From: Sphingomonadales bacterium
Lineage (GTDB): Bacteria > Pseudomonadota > Alphaproteobacteria > Sphingomonadales > Sphingomonadaceae
Length of the DNA stretch: 64,000 bases
Reading direction: 5' to 3'
NCBI GenBank assembly: GCA_025351405.1
Contig: JANXVZ010000027.1
Location: 21,275-85,274, forward strand
The notes under the pieces were generated by a model. That model searched no databases, was not told the origin of the DNA, and saw nothing but the letters and a program-made list of their open reading frames with translations. Of the stretch, positions 37,840 through 48,255 are shown one piece after another. A program made the position numbers and the translations under genes. Each line of letters begins with the position of its first letter. Positions within the stretch are counted from its first letter, which is position 1.

Positions 37840-39888
37840 ATGAAGTTCGGCCTGACAGCGTTCACTTGGGGGCTGATACTGGCCGGTTGCCCGGCGGTGG
37901 CGGCACAGCCGTTACAGCCGCGCGACCTGTTCGGGCTCAGCCTCGCCAGCGCGCCCGCCGTAAGGCCCGATGGCAGCCTTGTCGCCTATGTGCGGACAGC
38001 CAACGACGTCATGACCGACAGGGGCCGCAAGTCGATCTGGCTCGTCGACAGCCGCAGCGGGGCTACAACGGCGGTGGCCAGCGGCGAAGACACCGCGACC
38101 CAGCCGGCATGGTCGCCAGACGGCAGCCGGCTGGCCTTTGTCCAGACGGACGCGAAGGGCGCCTCGGTCATCAACGTCTACGACATTGCCGGCAAGACCG
38201 TGGTCGTTGCCGCCAAGATGGCGCGCAGCCCCGGCAACCTGTCCTGGTCGCCCGATGGGCATCGCCTCGCCTTCACCATGGCGGTGCCGCGACCCGACAC
38301 GGTGTTCGGGACGCCGCTGGCGCCGCCGGACGGTGCCAAATGGGCAGCCCCGTTGCAGGTGATCGACACGCTGATGTACCGTGATGACGGCATCGGCATG
38401 CGTCCGCCCGGCTTTACCCATGTCTTCGTCGTCGAGGCAGCGGGCGGCGTTCCAAAGCAGGTGACCAGCGGCGACTTCGACGATGACGGCCCGCTGTCAT
38501 GGACGCCCGACGGTGCGGCCATCGTCTTCATCGGCAAACGCAGTCCCGAGGCGCTGCGCGAACCTTTCCACGCCGGCATCTACCGCGTCGCCATCGCCGA
38601 TGGCGCGCTTGCCGAGCTTGCGACACCCGCCCAGCCACATGGCGACGCACAACTTTCGCCCAACGGTCGGCAGATCGCCTTCATCGGTCATGTCGACGCG
38701 CACCGGAGTTATGAAAACGCCCGCCTGTCGGTGATGGACAGCGACGGCAGCCATGTACGGACGCTGGCGGCGACACTGGATCGCAGCTTTGAACATCCGC
38801 GCTGGTCGGGCGACGGTCGCAGCATCTACGCGGCCTATGCCGACCATGGCATCACCAAGGTGGCGCGGATCGATATCGCGACCGGAAAGCTTAGCGATGT
38901 CGCCACCGGCCTCGCCGGCGAAGGCTTCGACCTGCCCTATAGCGGTGGCGATTTCGCCGTGGGACGCGACGGCACGCTGGCGTTCACACAGGGCGCCGCC
39001 GACCGTCCGGCCGACATCGCCATGGTGAAGGGTGGCAAGGTCACCCGGTTGACCAGGTTGAACGATGCCCTGCTCGGCCAGCGCACGCTCGGCACCGTCC
39101 AGCCGCTGGCGGTCAAGTCGAGTGTCGATGGTGCCGCCATCGATACCTGGCTGGTGCTGCCACCCGGCTTCGACCCGGCGCGGAAATATCCGTTGATCCT
39201 CGAGATCCATGGCGGTCCATTTGCCAGCTATGGCCCGACCTTTGCCAGCGATGGCCAGTTATATGCCGCTGCAGGCTATGTCGTCGTCTATGCCAACCCG
39301 CGCGGCTCGACATCCTATGGCGACAGCTTCGCCAACGGCATCGACAAGAGCTATCCCGGAACCGACTATGATGACTTGATGAGCGCCGTCGATGCAGCGA
39401 TTGCCAAGGGCTTTGTCGACAAGGATCGCTTGTATGTGACCGGCGGTTCAGGGGGCGGCGTGCTGACGACGTGGATCGTCGGCAAGACTCATCGCTTCCG
39501 TGCGGCGGTGGCGCAGAAGCCGGTGGTCAACTGGTCGAGCGAGATACTGACGTCGGATATCTATCCGTGGATGGGCAAATACTGGTTCGGCAAACAACCC
39601 TGGGAAGACCCCCAGGGTTACTGGGCACGGTCGCCGCTGTCGCTGGTGGGCAACGTCACCACGCCGACGATGGTGATCGTGGGCGGCGAAGATGTACGCA
39701 CGCCGGTGGCGGAATCGGAGCAATATTATGGTGCGCTGCAGCTGCGGGGTGTCCCCACCGCGCTGATCAAGGTGCCCGGCGCCTTCCATGACATGGCGCT
39801 GCGGCCAAGCCATGCGGCGGCAAAGGCCAATGCCGTGCTGGCATGGTTTGCACGCTACGGCGGAGCACCGACGACGGTCGCACAATGA
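37840..39888 (+). CDS. Exported S9 (prolyl oligopeptidase/DPP-like) peptidase
   Basis: PD40-like WSPDG propeller repeats, YPLILEIHGGP, NPRGSTSYG, nucleophile TGGSGGG, DVRTP and FHD. Confidence 0.93.
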   Translation: MKFGLTAFTWGLILAGCPAVAAQPLQPRDLFGLSLASAPAVRPDGSLVAYVRTANDVMTDRGRKSIWLVDSRSGATTAVASGEDTATQPAWSPDGSRLAFVQTDAKGASVINVYDIAGKTVVVAAKMARSPGNLSWSPDGHRLAFTMAVPRPDTVFGTPLAPPDGAKWAAPLQVIDTLMYRDDGIGMRPPGFTHVFVVEAAGGVPKQVTSGDFDDDGPLSWTPDGAAIVFIGKRSPEALREPFHAGIYRVAIADGALAELATPAQPHGDAQLSPNGRQIAFIGHVDAHRSYENARLSVMDSDGSHVRTLAATLDRSFEHPRWSGDGRSIYAAYADHGITKVARIDIATGKLSDVATGLAGEGFDLPYSGGDFAVGRDGTLAFTQGAADRPADIAMVKGGKVTRLTRLNDALLGQRTLGTVQPLAVKSSVDGAAIDTWLVLPPGFDPARKYPLILEIHGGPFASYGPTFASDGQLYAAAGYVVVYANPRGSTSYGDSFANGIDKSYPGTDYDDLMSAVDAAIAKGFVDKDRLYVTGGSGGGVLTTWIVGKTHRFRAAVAQKPVVNWSSEILTSDIYPWMGKYWFGKQPWEDPQGYWARSPLSLVGNVTTPTMVIVGGEDVRTPVAESEQYYGALQLRGVPTALIKVPGAFHDMALRPSHAAAKANAVLAWFARYGGAPTTVAQ

Positions 39889-40982
39889 TGCGATTGCTGG
39901 TTATCGCCTTCGCCTACCTGCTGCTTGCCGCGGCGCCCGTGCTGGCAGGCGATGGCGATCGCCGCGCCTTTGTCATCAACGATTTCAAGCTCGAAAACGG
40001 CAAGGTCCTGCCGCGGGCGACGGTCATGTATGCCACCTATGGCAAGCTCAACGCGACGCGTGACAACGCCGTGCTGTTGCCGTCGCATTACATGGCGGAT
40101 TCGCATGGTTATGAATGGCTGATCGGTCCCGGCAAGGCGCTGGATCCCGCCCGCTATTTTCTTGTCGCCACCGAATTGTTCGGAAACGGCCAATCCTCCT
40201 CGCCCAGCAATACCCCGGCACCGTTCGATGGCCCCCGCTTCCCGGTGACCACCATCCGTGACAATGTCGAGGCGACGCACCGCCTGCTCGGCGAAGCCCT
40301 GGGGGTGCGGCACCTGCGCGCCGTCATCGGTTTTTCGATGGGGGGCCAGCAGGCCTTTCAATGGGCGGTCAGCCATCCTGATTTCATGGACAGGGTCGTC
40401 GTCACATCTGCCACTGCCAAGACCTGGCCGCATGGCGTCGTGCGGCTGGAAAGCCAGATCATCGCCATCGAGACCGACCCCGTCTTTGCCGGTGGCGACT
40501 ACAAGGTGCAGCCAAAAAAAGGCCTGGAAGCCTTTGGCGCGGTATGGGCGGGCTGGTTGTTTTCCCAGCAATGGTGGCGGGATGAGCTGTGGAAGCCAGG
40601 GTCGCCCCCCGGTACGACATTCCAGCAGGTCTTCGAAGGCTTTCACAAGGATTTCATCCCCGGCGCCGATGCGAACAATCTGATATTGCAGATGCGGACC
40701 TGGGAAGTGCATGATGTCGGCACCACGCCAGGTTTTGCCGGTGACGTGCAAAAGGCGCTGGCGTCGATAAGGGTTCCGCTCCTGTATATGCCGTCGGAGA
40801 CCGATCTCTACTTCCCGGTCGAGGATGCGCGCTACGAGGCGAGGTTCATTCCCCACGTTGTCTTCACGCCCATCCCGTCGCTGTGGGGGCATACCGCCGG
40901 CGCCGCCAGCAACCCGGCCGATGCCAAGTTCCTCAACGACACGATCGGCGCCTTCATGTCCGCCGGCGCCACCCCCAATTGA
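39885..40982 (+). CDS. Exported alpha/beta hydrolase, homoserine O-acetyltransferase (MetX)-like fold
   Basis: YATYGKLNATRDNAVL, FPVTTIRDNV, GFSMGG (Ser), ETDLYFP (Asp) and WGHTAG (His). Signal peptide MMRLLVIAFAYLLLAAAPVLA. ATGA overlap with the peptidase. Confidence 0.85.
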   Translation: MMRLLVIAFAYLLLAAAPVLAGDGDRRAFVINDFKLENGKVLPRATVMYATYGKLNATRDNAVLLPSHYMADSHGYEWLIGPGKALDPARYFLVATELFGNGQSSSPSNTPAPFDGPRFPVTTIRDNVEATHRLLGEALGVRHLRAVIGFSMGGQQAFQWAVSHPDFMDRVVVTSATAKTWPHGVVRLESQIIAIETDPVFAGGDYKVQPKKGLEAFGAVWAGWLFSQQWWRDELWKPGSPPGTTFQQVFEGFHKDFIPGADANNLILQMRTWEVHDVGTTPGFAGDVQKALASIRVPLLYMPSETDLYFPVEDARYEARFIPHVVFTPIPSLWGHTAGAASNPADAKFLNDTIGAFMSAGATPN

Positions 40983-41005
40983 CCTTGCAACCTGCGGAGA
41001 GCTTC

Positions 41006-42595
41006 GTGAAACTTGTCCTGACGCTGGCACTTGCCGGTACCGCGCTGCTGTCCACCGCGGCCAATGCCTATGACGTCGCCGAACGATCGATCAGCCAGAT
41101 CCGTGCGGATCTTGCGGCGGGGCGTGTCACTTCGGTTGAGCTGGTGACGTTGTACGAGGCGCGGATTGCTGCGCTCAACCCCAAACTCCATGCCGTGATC
41201 GCGCTGAACCCATTGGCGCGGGCACAGGCCGTCGCCGCCGATGCGGTGCGCAAGGCCGGAAAGGCGCAGGGCGCACTCGCCGGCGTGCCGATCCTGATCA
41301 AGGATAATATCGAGAGCGCCGACCCGGTCGCCACCACGGCCGGCAGCGCGGCGCTGGCGCGCAACACGACCGGCCGTGATGCGCCGCTGGTGGCGCGCAT
41401 GCGCGCCGCAGGGGCGATCATCCTTGGCAAGACCAACCTGTCGGAATGGGCCAATATCCGTTCCAGCCATTCGATCAGCGGTTGGAGCGCCACCGGTGGC
41501 CAGGCCCGCAATCCCTATGCGCTCGACCGCAACACCTGCGGGTCGAGCGCCGGGTCCGGCGCCGCCGCGGCCGCCAGCCTCGCCGCGGCGACCGTCGGCA
41601 CCGAAACCGATGGCTCCGTTACCTGCCCGTCGGCGATCAACGGTCTCGTCGGTCTGAAGCCCACCGTCGGGCTGGTGTCGCGCACCCGTGTCGTGCCGAT
41701 TAGCCATAGCCAGGACACGGCAGGACCCATGACCCGCGACGTCATGGATGCAGCGATCCTGCTTGGCGCCATGGCGGGCAGCGATCCTGCCGATGCCGCA
41801 ACGGCCAAGGCCGACACGATGGGCAGGGACTTTACCGCCGGGCTCAAGCCCGATGCGCTCAAGGGGGTCCGCATCGGTGTCATGCGCTTTGCCGCAGGCT
41901 TCCACCCCGAAACCGACGCGGTGTTCGAAACGTCGCTGGCCGCCCTCAGGGCCGCAGGCGCGACGCTGGTGGAAATCCCCAAATTTCCGCACGACACCGA
42001 CCTTGGCCCGCTCGAGCACCTGGTGTTGATGACGGAACTGAAGGCCGATCTCAACAGCTACCTCGCCGCGACCGACCCGGCCAAGGTGCCGACCCGTACG
42101 CTCGCCGACCTGATTGCTTTCAACAAGGCGCATGCGGCGGAGGAAATGCCGCTGTTTGCGCAGGAGGAGTTCGAGGAAGCCGAAAAGACCGCCGGCCTGG
42201 CCGATCCCGCCTATCTCAAGGCCGAGGCCGATGCCCATCGCCTCGCCGGCCCCGAAGGCATCGACAAGATGCTCGCCGACAACAATGTTAGCGTGCTGAT
42301 CGCGCCCACCCTGGGGCCGTCATGGCTCATCGACCCGATCCTGAAGGACCATTTTGCCGGTGGCGGTGCCGGTGGCCCGGCAGCAGTCGCCGGCTATCCG
42401 CATCTTACGGTGCCGATGGGGCTGGTGGACAGCTTGCCGGTCGGCCTGTCGTTCATCGGGGCCGCCTGGACCGACGCCCGGTTGCTGGCCTATGGCTATG
42501 CGTTCGAACAGGCGACCCATGCACGCCAGGCACCGCGCTATCTGCCGACCGCCGAAATCGCCAGCAAGGCAGCGGCAAACGCCGCTCCCCGATGA
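41006..42595 (+). CDS. Exported amidase (amidase signature family)
   Basis: IKDNI (Lys), GKTNLSEWAN, GSSAGSGAA and GTETDGSVTCP. GGAGA RBS before GTG 41006. Confidence 0.93.
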   Translation: MKLVLTLALAGTALLSTAANAYDVAERSISQIRADLAAGRVTSVELVTLYEARIAALNPKLHAVIALNPLARAQAVAADAVRKAGKAQGALAGVPILIKDNIESADPVATTAGSAALARNTTGRDAPLVARMRAAGAIILGKTNLSEWANIRSSHSISGWSATGGQARNPYALDRNTCGSSAGSGAAAAASLAAATVGTETDGSVTCPSAINGLVGLKPTVGLVSRTRVVPISHSQDTAGPMTRDVMDAAILLGAMAGSDPADAATAKADTMGRDFTAGLKPDALKGVRIGVMRFAAGFHPETDAVFETSLAALRAAGATLVEIPKFPHDTDLGPLEHLVLMTELKADLNSYLAATDPAKVPTRTLADLIAFNKAHAAEEMPLFAQEEFEEAEKTAGLADPAYLKAEADAHRLAGPEGIDKMLADNNVSVLIAPTLGPSWLIDPILKDHFAGGGAGGPAAVAGYPHLTVPMGLVDSLPVGLSFIGAAWTDARLLAYGYAFEQATHARQAPRYLPTAEIASKAAANAAPR

Positions 42596-42653
42596 TCGGC
42601 CGGCACTTTGTTCCCGCGATCGCGAATGACGGCACGATTTACAAGGACGCACC

Positions 42654-43949
42654 ATGAAGAAATTCCATGCGCTGGCTGCCCTGACCGCCGGATTGCTCGC
42701 ATCCGCGATGCCGGCCCTGGCCGAGGATATCGTCATCCACGCCGGCCATCTCATCGATGGTGTTTCCAAAGCCCCGCGGGACAAGATGTCGATCGTCATC
42801 CACGACAATCGCATCACGGCGGTGCAGCCAGGCTTTGTGACGCCGGTCGGCGCGCGCATCATCGACCTGTCGGGCGCCACCGTGCTGCCGGGGCTGATCG
42901 ACACCCATGTCCATATCACCAGCCAGTTCGATGGCGGCGATCCGATCCGTGAGGCGGTGACGCGCACCCGGCTGGATGCGGCATTCCGGTCGACGCGCTA
43001 CGTCAAGGCGACCCTCGATGCCGGCTTCACGACTGTCCGCGACGTCGGGTCCGACACCGACCTCGTGGTCGCGTTGAAGCGCGCGATAAACGCCGGTACC
43101 ATCCCGGGACCCCGCATGTTCGTTGCCGGCGCCCCGCTGGGGCCGACCGGTGGCCATGGCGATCCTTCAAACGGCCTCGATCCGGAACTCACGCATCCGG
43201 GCTGGGGCGAAGTCACCATCGACAGCCCGGAGGAGGCGCGGCGCGTCGTCCGCGACTTTCGGCGCCGTGGTGTCGACCTGATCAAGATCATGCCTTCGGG
43301 CGGCGTGCTGTCGATTGGCGACGACCCCAATTTGCAGTTGATGGCGGATGACGAGATGAAGGCCGCCATCGATACCGCCCACGCCCTTGGCATGAAGGTG
43401 GCGGCGCATGCGCATGGCAATGGCGCCATCAAGCATGCCATCGCCATGGGTGTCGATTCGATCGAGCATGGCTCCTTCACCGATCCCGAAAGCTATGAAA
43501 TGTTCAAGGCGCACGGCACCTATCTGGTGCCGACGCTGTTGATTGGCGAGCGCGTGCTCGAAGTCGCGCGCACGCATCCCGAACAGTTGGCGCCCGGGTC
43601 CGCCGCAAAGGCGATCGCGGTGGTGCCGGTGATGCAGGCGAACTTTACCAAGGCCTATCGCGCCGGCGTCAAGATTGCCTTTGGCACCGACCAGTCGCTG
43701 GTGCCGCACGGCGAAAACGCCCGCGAGTTCGCCCTGATGGTCAAGGGCGGCATGACGCCGATCGACGCAATCATGTCAGCAACGCGCAACGCCGCCGACC
43801 TGATCGGCGACAGTGCCGACATCGGCTCGGTCCAGGCTGGCCGCTATGCCGACATCGTCGCTGTCGCAGGGGATCCGCTCGCCGACATCACCGAATTGCA
43901 ACGCGTCCGATTCGTCATGAAGGACGGTGTCGTGGTGCGCGGTAGCTGA
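42654..43949 (+). CDS. Exported amidohydrolase (Xaa-Pro dipeptidase-like)
   Basis: PGLIDTHVH, GFTTVRDVG, DLIKIMPSGGV, VAAHAHG, SIEHG and AFGTD. Confidence 0.92.
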   Translation: MKKFHALAALTAGLLASAMPALAEDIVIHAGHLIDGVSKAPRDKMSIVIHDNRITAVQPGFVTPVGARIIDLSGATVLPGLIDTHVHITSQFDGGDPIREAVTRTRLDAAFRSTRYVKATLDAGFTTVRDVGSDTDLVVALKRAINAGTIPGPRMFVAGAPLGPTGGHGDPSNGLDPELTHPGWGEVTIDSPEEARRVVRDFRRRGVDLIKIMPSGGVLSIGDDPNLQLMADDEMKAAIDTAHALGMKVAAHAHGNGAIKHAIAMGVDSIEHGSFTDPESYEMFKAHGTYLVPTLLIGERVLEVARTHPEQLAPGSAAKAIAVVPVMQANFTKAYRAGVKIAFGTDQSLVPHGENAREFALMVKGGMTPIDAIMSATRNAADLIGDSADIGSVQAGRYADIVAVAGDPLADITELQRVRFVMKDGVVVRGS

Positions 43950-44018
43950 AGCCGGGACACAGGCCTGGCGGGCCCAAGGCTCGCCCTGCACATCACACGC
44001 ACCGCACGGGGGACGGAT

Positions 44019-46082
44019 ATGACGAGGAACTGGGCTTGGGCCGCGGTCGCGGCGTTGACGGTGTTTGGTGGCGGGATGGCCACGGCGCAGGAAACGGCTT
44101 CGCCGACCACGCTGACCACCGATCACTATTTCGACCTCGAAAAGATCGACGACGCGCAGATCTCGCCTGACAGCACGCAGGTCATCTATGTGCGGCAACA
44201 GGCCAATCGCATCGAGGACCGTTGGGACAGTGCGTTGTGGATCGTCAATGCCGATGGTTCGCACAACCGGTTGTTCGCCAAGGGCAGTTCCGCTCGCTGG
44301 TCGCCCGACGGCAAGCGGATTCTCTATCTGGCCGAAGGCGATGCCGGCAAGGCGCAGATCTTCGTGCGCTATGTCGACGTCGAGGGGCCGGCAACGCCGG
44401 TGACCCATGGCACCGAAGCCGTTGCCAACCCGCGCTGGGCCCCGGACGGGCGATCGATCGCCTTCACGATGTTCGTGCCGCAAAAGCCGAACTGGGCAAT
44501 CAGCATGCCGCCGGAACCCAAGGGGGCAAAATGGATGGCGGCCCCCCGGATCGTCGACAAACTCCACTACCGCTTCGACCGCACCGGCTTTGTCGAGGAC
44601 GGCGTCGATGCGCTGTTTGTCGTCGCTGCCGACGGCGGTGCCACGCGGCAAATCACGGACCAGGGCATAGCGCCGGGCGCCGGCGAATTCCGTGGACCAA
44701 TCGATTTTGGTTGGTCCCCGGACAGCAAGTCGATCGTTTTTGCCGGAATCCGCGATTTCAACGCCGATCTTGCCTATCAACATACGCAATTGCTGGTGAC
44801 AGAGGTGGCATCTGGGCGCGTTCGTGACCTGTTGCCGGTATCAGGCGACTGGAGCCGGCCGACAGTATCGCCCGATGGTCGCTGGATCGCCTTCACCGGC
44901 TACCCGAAATCCGAAAAAACCCATTCGGTCGCCGACCTTTATGTCATTCCGGCGGGCGGCGGTGCAATGCGCAAGATCAGCGGCGACCTCGATCGCGATC
45001 CGATCGGCCTCAAATGGGCGGCGGACAGTTCCGGGGTCTATTTCGATGTCGAGGACCATGGCAGCCGCAACGTGTTGTTTGCCGCGCTCAAAGGCGGTGT
45101 CCGCGTGCTGACACGGGGTGCACACATGCTGTCACTCGATTCCGTCAGTCGCGACCTGACCGCTGCCGGGACGCTGTCCGATACCGACCATCCGGCCGAA
45201 GTCGTGCGCTACAGCTTGCGCCGCGCCGGTGAACCGGCGCTGCTGACGCATGTCAACGCCGCCCTGATCGCCGGCAAGACGCTGGGCCATACCGAGGCCA
45301 TCGGCTGGCAGTCATCCGGGGGCACCAAGGTCGAGGGCTGGTACATCACGCCGCCAGGCTTCGACCCCGGCAAGAAATACCCGCTGATTCTGGAAATCCA
45401 CGGCGGACCCTATGCCAGCTACAACAGCGGCTTCAGCTATATGTGGCAGAATTTTGCGGCAAACGGCTATGTCGTGCTCTATCTCAATCCGCGTGGCAGC
45501 ACCGGCTATGGGCACGCGTTCTCCGACGGGATCGACCATGATTATCCCGGCCCCGATCTCGACGACCTGCTGTCCGGTGTCGATGCGATGGCCGCGAAGG
45601 GTTTCGTCGATACGGCCCGGCTGTATGTTTCTGGCTGCAGCGGCGGAGGCGTGCTGTCCAGCTGGGTGACGAGCCATTCGGATCGCTTTGCCGCGGCGGC
45701 AGTGCGCTGTCCGGTCACGGACTGGGTGAGCCTCGCCGGTCATACGGACGTTCCGCTGTTCACCTACAGCTTTTTCAAAAAGCCGTTCTGGGAAGATCCA
45801 TCCGATTGGCTGTCGCACTCCTCGCTCATGCACGTCGGCAAGGTGACGACACCGACCCTGCTCATGACCGGGGTGCTCGACCGTCGCACACCCATGCCGC
45901 AGACGGAGGAATATTATGCCGCGCTCAAGGTGCGCGGGGTCCCGGCAACGCTGTTGCAATTCGAGGGCGAGTTTCACGGCACAGGCTCGAAACCATCGAA
46001 TTTCATCCGGACGCAGCTTTACATGATGAGCTGGTTCAAGCGTTATTCGCGCGGCGCGGATGGAAAGGTGCGGGAAAACTGA
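44019..46082 (+). CDS. Exported S9 peptidase (second paralogue)
   Basis: WSPDG repeats, YPLILEIHGGP, NPRGSTGYG, SGCSGGG, DRRTP and EFHG. Confidence 0.93.
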   Translation: MTRNWAWAAVAALTVFGGGMATAQETASPTTLTTDHYFDLEKIDDAQISPDSTQVIYVRQQANRIEDRWDSALWIVNADGSHNRLFAKGSSARWSPDGKRILYLAEGDAGKAQIFVRYVDVEGPATPVTHGTEAVANPRWAPDGRSIAFTMFVPQKPNWAISMPPEPKGAKWMAAPRIVDKLHYRFDRTGFVEDGVDALFVVAADGGATRQITDQGIAPGAGEFRGPIDFGWSPDSKSIVFAGIRDFNADLAYQHTQLLVTEVASGRVRDLLPVSGDWSRPTVSPDGRWIAFTGYPKSEKTHSVADLYVIPAGGGAMRKISGDLDRDPIGLKWAADSSGVYFDVEDHGSRNVLFAALKGGVRVLTRGAHMLSLDSVSRDLTAAGTLSDTDHPAEVVRYSLRRAGEPALLTHVNAALIAGKTLGHTEAIGWQSSGGTKVEGWYITPPGFDPGKKYPLILEIHGGPYASYNSGFSYMWQNFAANGYVVLYLNPRGSTGYGHAFSDGIDHDYPGPDLDDLLSGVDAMAAKGFVDTARLYVSGCSGGGVLSSWVTSHSDRFAAAAVRCPVTDWVSLAGHTDVPLFTYSFFKKPFWEDPSDWLSHSSLMHVGKVTTPTLLMTGVLDRRTPMPQTEEYYAALKVRGVPATLLQFEGEFHGTGSKPSNFIRTQLYMMSWFKRYSRGADGKVREN

Positions 46083-46112
46083 CCGGGCTCGGCCTCCCGG
46101 CCTGAACCGCTT

Positions 46113-46143
46113 GCCGCCCGGCATTTACAGCTGCACGGGCGGC
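46113..46143. terminator. GC-rich hairpin between convergent genes (possible bidirectional terminator)
   Basis: GCCGCCCG(GCA)...(TGC)ACGGGCGGC inverted repeat between stops at 46082 and 46151. Confidence 0.45.
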
Positions 46144-46150
46144 GGGACGA

Positions 46151-48040
46151 TCATTTTGCCATCGGCAGGCTGACATAGCTCGCGTCGGGGCCTGCGATGA
46201 CTATCTTCTGGGTGGCCTTCACATAATCCGCCGGCTTGGCAAAAAAGATGTTGGGCACGAAGCTCTGCGGGTTGCGGTCGTACAATGGGAACCAGCTCGA
46301 CTGGACCTGCACCATGATCCGGTGGCCGGGGGCGAACACATGGTTGGCCGTCGGCAGCGCAAAGCTGTATTTCAGCGGCGTGTTCGCGGCCAACGGCCGT
46401 GCCTCGGCAAGGTTTTCGCGATAGCGGCCGCGAAAGATGTCCATGGCGATTGCCAGTTGGTAGCCGCCCATCGCCGGCTTCTCCGGCACCTCATCAGGAT
46501 CGACATCGATCAGCTTGACGACCCAGTCGCTGTCGGTGCCGCTGGTCGATGCGGTCAGATGGACCATCGGCGTTCCCGCGATCGTCACCGGTTCGGTCAG
46601 CACGGGGCCGGTAAAGGTCAGGACGTCGGGGCGCCCTGAAACCGCGCGCTGGTCGTCTGCCAGCCATGTCGGCCATGGGTTGCCGTCATAGCCCTGCGGG
46701 CGGATCGGGCGGGCTTCATAGGTCACCGGGCTGGCGGGATCGGAGACATACTCGGCCGTGGCATCCCCCGCCGCCGCTTCGAAACCCAATGTCATGCCCG
46801 GCTTCAGATACAGTCTTGTCGCGCCTTCGTCCTGCGACCAGCGCGACAGCTTTTGCCACTGGTTGGTGCCGCTTTGAAACGCCGTCACCGGCGCCACGTC
46901 CATCGGCGTGCCCTTCAGGTAATGCGCCAGGAAGGGCGCCAGCACGTCATGCCGCCATTGCTTGGCCGTGTCGGCGTCCCAGTCGATCGCGCCCAGGCTG
47001 CTGCCATTGTCGATGCCCTGGCCGTGGTGCCAGGGACCCATCGTCAGGAATACCATGTCGTTGCCGGCATCCTTGGGCTTCAGCGCGCGATACACCGCCA
47101 TCGCCCCATAAATGTCCTCCTGGTCCCACAGGCTGTGCACGAGCATTACCGGAACCTTGAGCGGCTGCCTGGCAAGCACGCGGTCCATCGCCTGTTCCTG
47201 CCAAAAGGCATCATAGGCGGGGTGTTGGGTAATCTTTTGATAAAAGCCGATCTGGTCGAGCCCGTGGCTGCTGGCCAGCGCACCGGCCGACCCGGCGCGC
47301 ATGTAAAGGTCGTACTGGTCGTAGACCGACGTGGTCCATTTCGACTTGTTGTCCCGCGTGGCGACCTGTTCCCAGATATAGGGCAGCCCGAATTGCCGGA
47401 ACGCGCCGTTGTGGAACCAGTCGTCGCCGCGCCAGCCGTCGACCATCGGGTTCATCGGCACGGAAACCTTGAGCGCCGGATGCGGATTGACCAGCGCCAT
47501 CAACGGGGTGAACCCGTCATAGCTGATGCCGATGATGCCCACCTTGCCATTCGATTCCGGCAGGTTCTTCACCAGCCAGTCGATCGTGTCATAGGTATCG
47601 GTCGCGTGATCGACCTTGGTCGGGTTCAGCGCCGTGCCGGCGAGCGGCCGGTTCATGACATAGCTCCCGCCCGAGCCGTATTTGCCGCGGACATCCTGGA
47701 CAACGCGGATATAACCGCCCGCGACAATCACATCGGCGGCATTGTCATACCCCTGCAGCACGCTGGCCAGTCGTCCGCTCTGGGCGTGCCCGGTCAGTTC
47801 CTCGGCATTATAGGGGGTGCGGGTCAGCAGGATGCCAGCATCCCTTGCGCCCTTGGGCACGAAGATGACGGTGTGGAGCTTTACCCCGTCACGCATCGGG
47901 ATTTCCACGATACGGCGGGAAAAATTGGCGTCCGGGTCGCCGGCGTCGTGGAGCTTGGCCGGACGCTCGTCATACTGCTGCGCCAAGGCCGGTGCCGCGA
48001 CGGCGGCGAGAGCGCCAGCGGCGAGAAGCGTGCGGATCAT
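46151..48040 (-). CDS. CocE/NonD family hydrolase (alpha-amino acid ester hydrolase-like)
   Basis: IPMRDGVKLHT, ILLTRTPY, QDVRGKYGS, nucleophile GISYDG, WDQED and WHHG. Signal peptide present. Confidence 0.92.
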   Translation of the reverse strand: MIRTLLAAGALAAVAAPALAQQYDERPAKLHDAGDPDANFSRRIVEIPMRDGVKLHTVIFVPKGARDAGILLTRTPYNAEELTGHAQSGRLASVLQGYDNAADVIVAGGYIRVVQDVRGKYGSGGSYVMNRPLAGTALNPTKVDHATDTYDTIDWLVKNLPESNGKVGIIGISYDGFTPLMALVNPHPALKVSVPMNPMVDGWRGDDWFHNGAFRQFGLPYIWEQVATRDNKSKWTTSVYDQYDLYMRAGSAGALASSHGLDQIGFYQKITQHPAYDAFWQEQAMDRVLARQPLKVPVMLVHSLWDQEDIYGAMAVYRALKPKDAGNDMVFLTMGPWHHGQGIDNGSSLGAIDWDADTAKQWRHDVLAPFLAHYLKGTPMDVAPVTAFQSGTNQWQKLSRWSQDEGATRLYLKPGMTLGFEAAAGDATAEYVSDPASPVTYEARPIRPQGYDGNPWPTWLADDQRAVSGRPDVLTFTGPVLTEPVTIAGTPMVHLTASTSGTDSDWVVKLIDVDPDEVPEKPAMGGYQLAIAMDIFRGRYRENLAEARPLAANTPLKYSFALPTANHVFAPGHRIMVQVQSSWFPLYDRNPQSFVPNIFFAKPADYVKATQKIVIAGPDASYVSLPMAK

Positions 48041-48255
48041 CAGTGTCCCCCTCGATTTGCCCTCGCAAACCCGGGGCCTCCACCAAACATGACCAAACGC
48101 GCGCCCAGATCAACCCCCCCAACCGACGCGGTTGTTCCGGGGCCGGACAAGCGCCGATCCTCATGTCTCTTGATGACGAAATCGATCCGGATCAGCAGAT
48201 TTCGCTGCTGCACATCGACGGTGCAGGACGGCTGGCGCGGGTGCGGCGCGAGCGA

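Noticed and set aside
39885-40982. Annotation as metX (methionine biosynthesis)
   Set aside because: The signal peptide and the context among exported hydrolases argue against it; symbol withheld.
48181-48225. Cluster of short dyads (GATCCGGATC, CAGCAG-N6-CTGCTG, TGCAC-N7-GTGCA) as an sRNA or riboswitch
   Set aside because: Stems are only 5-6 bp in GC-rich DNA and match no RNA family I can recognise; an Infernal/Rfam search would be needed.
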